64,000 nucleotides of DNA from an uncultured Bacteroidota bacterium. GTDB lineage: Bacteria > Bacteroidota > Bacteroidia > Chitinophagales > Chitinophagaceae. The DNA lies in the NCBI GenBank assembly GCA_903924075.1, contig CAIYAG010000045.1:3804-67803 (forward strand), read 5' to 3'. Shown here in pieces: positions 58,617 to 64,000 of the stretch (positions are counted from its first letter, which is position 1; each line of letters opens with the position of its first letter). A program made the position numbers and the translations under genes. The notes below the pieces were generated by a model. The model was not told the DNA's origin, searched no databases, and saw only the letters and a program-made list of their open reading frames with translations.

Positions 58617-60137
58617 TTATTTTGCAATGGTTGAATCGGCATAAAAATAAATGGCACCGTCTTCAAAAGTTCTTGTGAGTAGTAACTTTTTCCTGGCCCG
58701 AATAAAATCAAGATCAATCAGATCGGTATTCACTCCATCGTTAAACCAAACAACGATCAACGCAGGATGATTTAAAAATGCAGCTTTTTCTTTTTCAATT
58801 TCTTTGTGCGGTAAGGGTAAAGATTTCACGCCCGTTAAAAAATATAAACCATCATATGCATCAGAATAAATAGCCCCATTCAAACTGTCTTTATGCGCAT
58901 TGATATATTGAATAGTGGGCGATTGTCTCCATTGTTTTTCTGAATAACCCGGTATACCTGCATAAGCAATGCCTTCCCAGTTCCCAGCATTCTGTTGATA
59001 TTGATTTTTAAAAAACGCCAGAAAGAAAACTGACGTAACCAAGAACAAAACAACTCGCATTGTTTTTGCCTTTTGATTTATAAATTTTGGAATCCACATT
59101 GTACCCACCCAGATCATTGGTATATACATGGGCGATAATAACCTGCTACTCAATTCTTCAAATCGAGAAATACTAGACACGGCTACAATAAAAACACTGT
59201 ACACCAAAAAGAAACCATACACCGCCGTTTCATTGCGCAAATAAAATTGTTGTTGAATGATGCGATAAATGATTTGTATCAAAGCAGCTGCAACTAATAA
59301 ACAAAAAACAATCGCGCCCGCTAATTGGTGCTCACCAATAAACGGAAACCACCCACCTAATACCGCACCAATATCTAATAAATTATCAGCCACCGTTCTC
59401 AATGCTTTTTCCCGCACACCAGAAAGTGTGCCACTTGAACAATGATTTCTAATTACATTAATTACTACCAATGAAACGCCAGTCAACAAAAACAACAAAA
59501 GGTTTTTGATCTTTTTCCAAACAGGAACCGTTCCGTCAAAAAACAATAAAGCTGCACCAGTTGCTATTAAAGTAATTCCCGCAAAGCGCGTAACAAATGC
59601 AACTGCGGCCACTAATGCAAAAAGAAAAATTGTTGCACTTGTTTTATGCTCACAATAATTTTTCCAGGCCAAAAGAAACAGCAACACCAAAAATAAAAAT
59701 AGTGTTTCTGACCAGATCATACCATAGACCTCCCATAAACAAGGACTCGACGCAAGCATAATCAATATGGCAATGCTATACCATCTGGTAATTCCGTTGA
59801 ATGATCGCATGATCATACTACTCATGATGATCACTCCAGCATATAAACCCGCATTGATAAACGGAGCAAGTGGAACAGGTGGTACGCCAATAATAAAATA
59901 ATTGATCCCTAAAAAAATGGGATAACCAGCAGGAAAATCTACAAGTGGCAATCCATTAAAATCGATCAGCGCAGCATGCTCTTTGAGATTCATTGCCGCA
60001 ACACTATAACCAACCGAATCAGGAGAAATTCCAATGCCCCCAAATCTGGTGAGATAATAAATAGCAATACATCCAACTACAGATGCGATGATGGCATCCC
60101 AGTGAAACTGTACAAAAGTTAGAATCGATTTTTTCAT
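58617..60137 (-). CDS. Polytopic membrane protein, GT-C/PMT_2-like
   Basis: SPDSVGY...FPAGYP first-loop motif, WSETLF, TRFAG; about 11 TMs plus C-terminal soluble domain. Confidence 0.6.
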   Translation of the reverse strand: MKKSILTFVQFHWDAIIASVVGCIAIYYLTRFGGIGISPDSVGYSVAAMNLKEHAALIDFNGLPLVDFPAGYPIFLGINYFIIGVPPVPLAPFINAGLYAGVIIMSSMIMRSFNGITRWYSIAILIMLASSPCLWEVYGMIWSETLFLFLVLLFLLAWKNYCEHKTSATIFLFALVAAVAFVTRFAGITLIATGAALLFFDGTVPVWKKIKNLLLFLLTGVSLVVINVIRNHCSSGTLSGVREKALRTVADNLLDIGAVLGGWFPFIGEHQLAGAIVFCLLVAAALIQIIYRIIQQQFYLRNETAVYGFFLVYSVFIVAVSSISRFEELSSRLLSPMYIPMIWVGTMWIPKFINQKAKTMRVVLFLVTSVFFLAFFKNQYQQNAGNWEGIAYAGIPGYSEKQWRQSPTIQYINAHKDSLNGAIYSDAYDGLYFLTGVKSLPLPHKEIEKEKAAFLNHPALIVVWFNDGVNTDLIDLDFIRARKKLLLTRTFEDGAIYFYADSTIAK

Positions 60138-60167
60138 TCCTACTCAATGAGTCAACTAAAATACAAC

Positions 60168-60195
60168 AAAAACGCCCCCAAGATTATCGGGGGCG
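60168..60195 (-). terminator. Intrinsic terminator of nfuA
   Basis: CGCCCCC/GGGGGCG stem with an A-tract on its left (U-tract on minus). Confidence 0.7.
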
Positions 60196-60222
60196 CTAAT
60201 TACACTCAAACAAACTATTTTA

Positions 60223-60822
60223 TTATTCCGCTTCTGCTACCACTTCTCTCACTTCCGGAATCATTCTCTTCATCAGTCCTTCAATCCCTGCTTTCAAAGT
60301 GATCATCGAAGAAGGGCATCCGCTGCAAGATCCTTGCAACATCAGGTTCACGATGCCATCATTATAACTTTTGAACTGGATAGCACCACCATCCATTTCA
60401 ACGGCTGGCTTCACATAGTTCTCTAATAATTCTTTTACGCGCTTCACAATATCATCATCGTCTTCGCTAACTGTATTGGTTGACTCCTGTTTTACTTTAG
60501 CAACCTCATCATCATTCACCACTACTCCACCATTCTCAAGATACTCTTTCATGAATGCCTTGATCGTTGGGATCACATCCTGCCAATCATCTGTATCAGT
60601 GGTTTTTGTGAGCGTAATAAAATTGCTGGCAATAAATACGCTCTTAATAAACGGAAAACCGAACAGTTCTTTTGCCAAAGGCGAAGGTCCTGCTAAAGAT
60701 TCTTCTGCAAAATCAATGCTCTTTCCTGGATACAAAAGTTTGTTTGCCACAAACTTCATGGTCTCTGGATTGGGTGTCATTTCGGTATAAATGCTGATTA
60801 CCGGATTGCCTGTTTGGATCAT
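60223..60822 (-). CDS. nfuA: NifU/NfuA Fe-S carrier (Nfu_N + NifU)
   Basis: TPNPETMKF, VEMDGG, LQGSCSGCPSS; likely ATG at 60822. Confidence 0.9.
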   Translation of the reverse strand: MIQTGNPVISIYTEMTPNPETMKFVANKLLYPGKSIDFAEESLAGPSPLAKELFGFPFIKSVFIASNFITLTKTTDTDDWQDVIPTIKAFMKEYLENGGVVVNDDEVAKVKQESTNTVSEDDDDIVKRVKELLENYVKPAVEMDGGAIQFKSYNDGIVNLMLQGSCSGCPSSMITLKAGIEGLMKRMIPEVREVVAEAE

Positions 60823-61027
60823 AGTTAATAATTTTCTATTCTGGCTTACCAAAATAAATACTGCTGCAAATTTAATCAAAAGCAAACAGGGATTCGCCAA
60901 TTCAAAGCCAAGGATCTTGCTGCACACCCATATTTTTCGGATATCGAAAACTGAATAACCAGCAGGTCCAGCCAATTTTTAAAGAATCAGTCAATATTTA
61001 ACCCGAATTTTACGTTCATAGCAATAA

Positions 61028-62191
61028 GTGATGCATATGCGTTTATTTCTACTGTTTGTACTTATTGCCTTATCCGGTTCTACCATCAAGGCGCAACTAA
61101 AGGGAATTCCCTTTGGGATCAATATCTGTGGTGCTGAGTTTGAAGAAAAAACCATTCCGGGTGTTTTGAATAAAGACTATGCCTATCCCTCCAACGATGA
61201 TATTGAATATTTCTATCAACAGGGCTTTCAATTAATGACCGTTCCTTTTAAGTGGGAGCGCGTGCAACAAGTGCAGGGTGGTGAGCTGGACCGGGCCAAT
61301 ATTGATGAGATCAGAAGGGTCATACTATACTGCGCTCCTCGAAATATTAAAGTACTGTTGAGCATGCACAATTTTGGTCGTTATCGAATTGCTGATACTG
61401 ATTATGTAGTTGGTTCAACTACAGTAACCAGACAACATCTTGCAGACTTCTGGGTGAAAATGGCCATCGAACTCGATGATTTTAAAAATGTATTTGGTTT
61501 TGAGATCATGTGCGAGCCACACGATATGGGTGAATTTGATTGGTTCACTACTGCTCAAGAAACCATCAAAGCCATTCGAACGGTTGATAAAAAAACCAGC
61601 ATCATTATTTCTGGTGATAATTATGCCAATGCAGAACTTTGGAGACAACATAGCGATGTGTTAAAAAATCTGGTTGATCCTGATAACAACCTGATCTATG
61701 ATGCACATAGTTATTTCGATAAAAATTATTCGGGCCGCTATAACGAATCTTATGATAGCAGTGGCGCCACAGAATATACGGGCGTCTTACGCATCATGCC
61801 ATTTGTTCGTTGGTTAAAAGAGAATAACAAACGTGGTACTGTTGGTGAATATGGAATTCCTGATAATGATCTGCGCTGGTTGAAAGTGCTTGATAATTTT
61901 CTGAAATATTTGAGCGAGAATAATATCAATGGTTGTTATTGGGCAGCAGGTTCGCGCTGGAATAAATATCCTCTTTCTGTACAACCCTTTGTGCAAGAAG
62001 AACGTCCGCAAATGGAAGTATTAATTCAATACAAACGAACTTCCCCAAGCTCAAAAAATTCTTTCTCTTTTCTGTTACCAGAGACACTTTTATTCTTACC
62101 TAATTCAACATTAATGCCTACTCCTTCTGGAGGTGTCTACGCGCCTGCATCAGTAGAAAAAAAGTTGAAACCTAAGAACGAAAAAAATTAG
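61028..62191 (+). CDS. Exported GH5 endoglucanase-like protein
   Basis: Signal peptide; GINICGAEF, PFKWERVQ, MHNFGRY, acid/base CEPH, HSYFD, nucleophile GEYG. Confidence 0.85.
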   Translation: MMHMRLFLLFVLIALSGSTIKAQLKGIPFGINICGAEFEEKTIPGVLNKDYAYPSNDDIEYFYQQGFQLMTVPFKWERVQQVQGGELDRANIDEIRRVILYCAPRNIKVLLSMHNFGRYRIADTDYVVGSTTVTRQHLADFWVKMAIELDDFKNVFGFEIMCEPHDMGEFDWFTTAQETIKAIRTVDKKTSIIISGDNYANAELWRQHSDVLKNLVDPDNNLIYDAHSYFDKNYSGRYNESYDSSGATEYTGVLRIMPFVRWLKENNKRGTVGEYGIPDNDLRWLKVLDNFLKYLSENNINGCYWAAGSRWNKYPLSVQPFVQEERPQMEVLIQYKRTSPSSKNSFSFLLPETLLFLPNSTLMPTPSGGVYAPASVEKKLKPKNEKN

Positions 62192-62193
62192 TG

Positions 62194-64000
62194 TTAACTC
62201 ACAATACGCAGCTTCGCATAATTCAGCATGATCTTTTTTTCTCCATTCAATTCAAACTGAATCGTTGCAATGGGATTATGTGCCGAGCCTTCAATTTTTC
62301 CAACAATACCGAATCCGAATTTTTGGTGTTCTACTTTTTGTCCGGCCGCTAAACTACTCGTATCGCTCGCTTCAAAATTTCCGCTTGGCTGATGCTCCAC
62401 AACTTTTGAAGATGGCGGAACTATTGGTAAGTATTCTGGTTTTGATTTTCCTGTATCTGGTTTCTTTGCTGGAGGTGGGCCATATCTTTTTTCTGCAGAT
62501 GCGGCAGATCCATATCCACCACCTCTTTGCATCCGCTCAAATGCGCTGCCAAACTGCGTTCCAGCGTTATTGCGCGCTCCACCGCCCGCATAACTTTTAT
62601 CTACATAGGCTTCCGGCATTTCTTCAATGAACCTGCTCGGCTCGTTCTGCACTAGCTGCCCAAATCGATATCTTGAATTGGCATATGTCAACCAAAGATG
62701 TTGCTTAGCCCTGGTGATGGCTACATAAAATAATCTACGCTCTTCCTCTAATTCTTCGCGTGTATTAATGGCCATCGCATTCGGAAACAAAGTTTCTTCA
62801 ATGCCGCCCACAAATACACAACTAAATTCCAATCCCTTTGCCGCGTGAATGGTCATTAATTTCACTACATCGGTTTCCTGTTTATTATCATCCGCATCGG
62901 TTACCAAACTAATTTGTTGCAGATAAGAACCCAGACTTTTATCGCCAAGTTCTCCATCATCATTACTCGGACTCTCCGTCCACTCTTTTACAGAGTTCAG
63001 GATCTCTTGTACGTTCTCATAACGAGCAAGTCCCTCGGTAGTTTTATCGCTAAATAATTCTTTTACAATATTGGTATGCTTACCAACTTGAATCGCTAAA
63101 TCGTAAGCATTTTTTTCTACCATGATACTTTGGAAATAACGGATCATCGTTACAAAGTTTTGCATGGCTTCCAATGTGCCGCCCTTGAATCCAAACTCAC
63201 CTGCTCTTGCCAACACGTCAAACATCGAAATATTCAGATCATTCGCAGCGATCACCAATTTTTCAATACTCGTTTTTCCAATGCCTCGTGCCGGATAATT
63301 AATGATGCGTTTCAACCCTTCCTCATCCTGTGTATTTACGATCACACGCAGATAAGCCAGGAAATCTTTGATCTCTTTTCTTTGATAGAAACTCACGCCA
63401 CCATAAATTCTGTAAGCAATGCCCATTCTTCTCAAACTCTCTTCATACGCACGGCTCTGCGCATTGGTGCGATATAAAATGGCAAAGTCTTGATTATAAA
63501 AATGGTTGCGTAGTTTTTGTTCCTGTATCGTATCCGCCACAAATTTTCCTTCATCATTATCAGTCATCGTTCTTACCAAACGGATCTTCTCACCTTCGTT
63601 ATTATCGGTCCATAAGTTTTTCGGGATCTGGCCCTGATTCACTTTGATCACTTCGTTGGCCACGTGAATAATATTCTTACTACTGCGATAATTCTGCTCG
63701 AGCTTCACAATTTTTACATCGTCATAATCCTTCTGAAACTGTAAAATGTTTTCAATGGTGGCACCGCGGAAACTATAAATACTCTGTGCATCATCACCCA
63801 CCACACAAATGTTTTCATGCACCGCTGCTAACAACTTCGTGATCTCGTACTGCACCGGATTGGTATCCTGATACTCATCAATTAAAATGTACTTGAACTT
63901 ATGCTGGTACTTATGCAGTGCTTCTGGAAAATTTTTCAAAAGCTCGTGCATTTTCAACAAGAGATCATCAAAATCCATCGCTCCATTTTTGAAACAACGG
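62194..64000 (-). CDS. uvrD: UvrD/PcrA helicase; partial, 5' end beyond the window
   Basis: DEYQDTN, VGDDAQSIYSFRGA, QNYRS, TIHAAKGLE, EERRLFYVAITRA, Tudor-like HQKFG; frame open to the window end (RCFKNGAMDFDDLL). Confidence 0.93.
   Translation of the reverse strand, partial: RCFKNGAMDFDDLLLKMHELLKNFPEALHKYQHKFKYILIDEYQDTNPVQYEITKLLAAVHENICVVGDDAQSIYSFRGATIENILQFQKDYDDVKIVKLEQNYRSSKNIIHVANEVIKVNQGQIPKNLWTDNNEGEKIRLVRTMTDNDEGKFVADTIQEQKLRNHFYNQDFAILYRTNAQSRAYEESLRRMGIAYRIYGGVSFYQRKEIKDFLAYLRVIVNTQDEEGLKRIINYPARGIGKTSIEKLVIAANDLNISMFDVLARAGEFGFKGGTLEAMQNFVTMIRYFQSIMVEKNAYDLAIQVGKHTNIVKELFSDKTTEGLARYENVQEILNSVKEWTESPSNDDGELGDKSLGSYLQQISLVTDADDNKQETDVVKLMTIHAAKGLEFSCVFVGGIEETLFPNAMAINTREELEEERRLFYVAITRAKQHLWLTYANSRYRFGQLVQNEPSRFIEEMPEAYVDKSYAGGGARNNAGTQFGSAFERMQRGGGYGSAASAEKRYGPPPAKKPDTGKSKPEYLPIVPPSSKVVEHQPSGNFEASDTSSLAAGQKVEHQKFGFGIVGKIEGSAHNPIATIQFELNGEKKIMLNYAKLRIVS

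Noticed and set aside
60823-60975. N-terminal extension of nfuA given by the ORF track
   Set aside because: A -7 box (TAAATTTG) lies inside this stretch and Nfu_N similarity begins just after MIQTGNP, so the start is placed at 60822.
1622-63477. Numerous 60-132 aa alternative-frame and antisense ORFs in the track
   Set aside because: All lie largely within confident CDS and show no recognisable motifs; treated as shadow ORFs.
1-64000. rRNA, tRNA, CRISPR array, IS or prophage genes
   Set aside because: Nearly all coding; the largest gap (21304-21696) has no cloverleaf or spaced direct repeats, and no ORF has transposase, integrase or phage motifs.

Overview
A gene-dense, AT-rich chromosomal segment from a Bacteroidota bacterium, most like a Chitinophagaceae (Sediminibacterium-type). 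This is judged from protein style, TAnnTTTG '-7' promoter boxes and the lack of obvious Shine-Dalgarno motifs. It holds about 60 CDS, mostly core or housekeeping: lptB, metF, rlmD, cysS, hemC/D/B, an lpxD paralog, lysS, gmk, kdsB, dnaN, recX, nagA, thiL, suhB, mtgA, pnuC/NadR-like, nfuA and a partial uvrD/pcrA. Accessory genes include two GH3-family amido-synthetases, KdnB, a GH32+MFS fructan pair, a GH5, two GT-C-like membrane proteins and several orphan signalling proteins. I found no rRNA, tRNA, CRISPR array, transposase or integrase. The best non-annotated signals are: (1) a 15-codon poly-cysteine leader ORF (MYLSNKHTYCCCSCC*) directly upstream of cysS, a candidate Cys-sensing attenuator; (2) a promoter-hairpin-terminator unit upstream of the pseudouridine synthase (candidate sRNA or attenuator); (3) a perfect 7-1-7 palindrome inside the promoter of a His-rich MerC-like gene near a Zur-like regulator; (4) a rhomboid lacking its catalytic Ser; (5) two GH3 ligases that may make amino-acid lipids. 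All calls are from motif recognition only; no searches were run.
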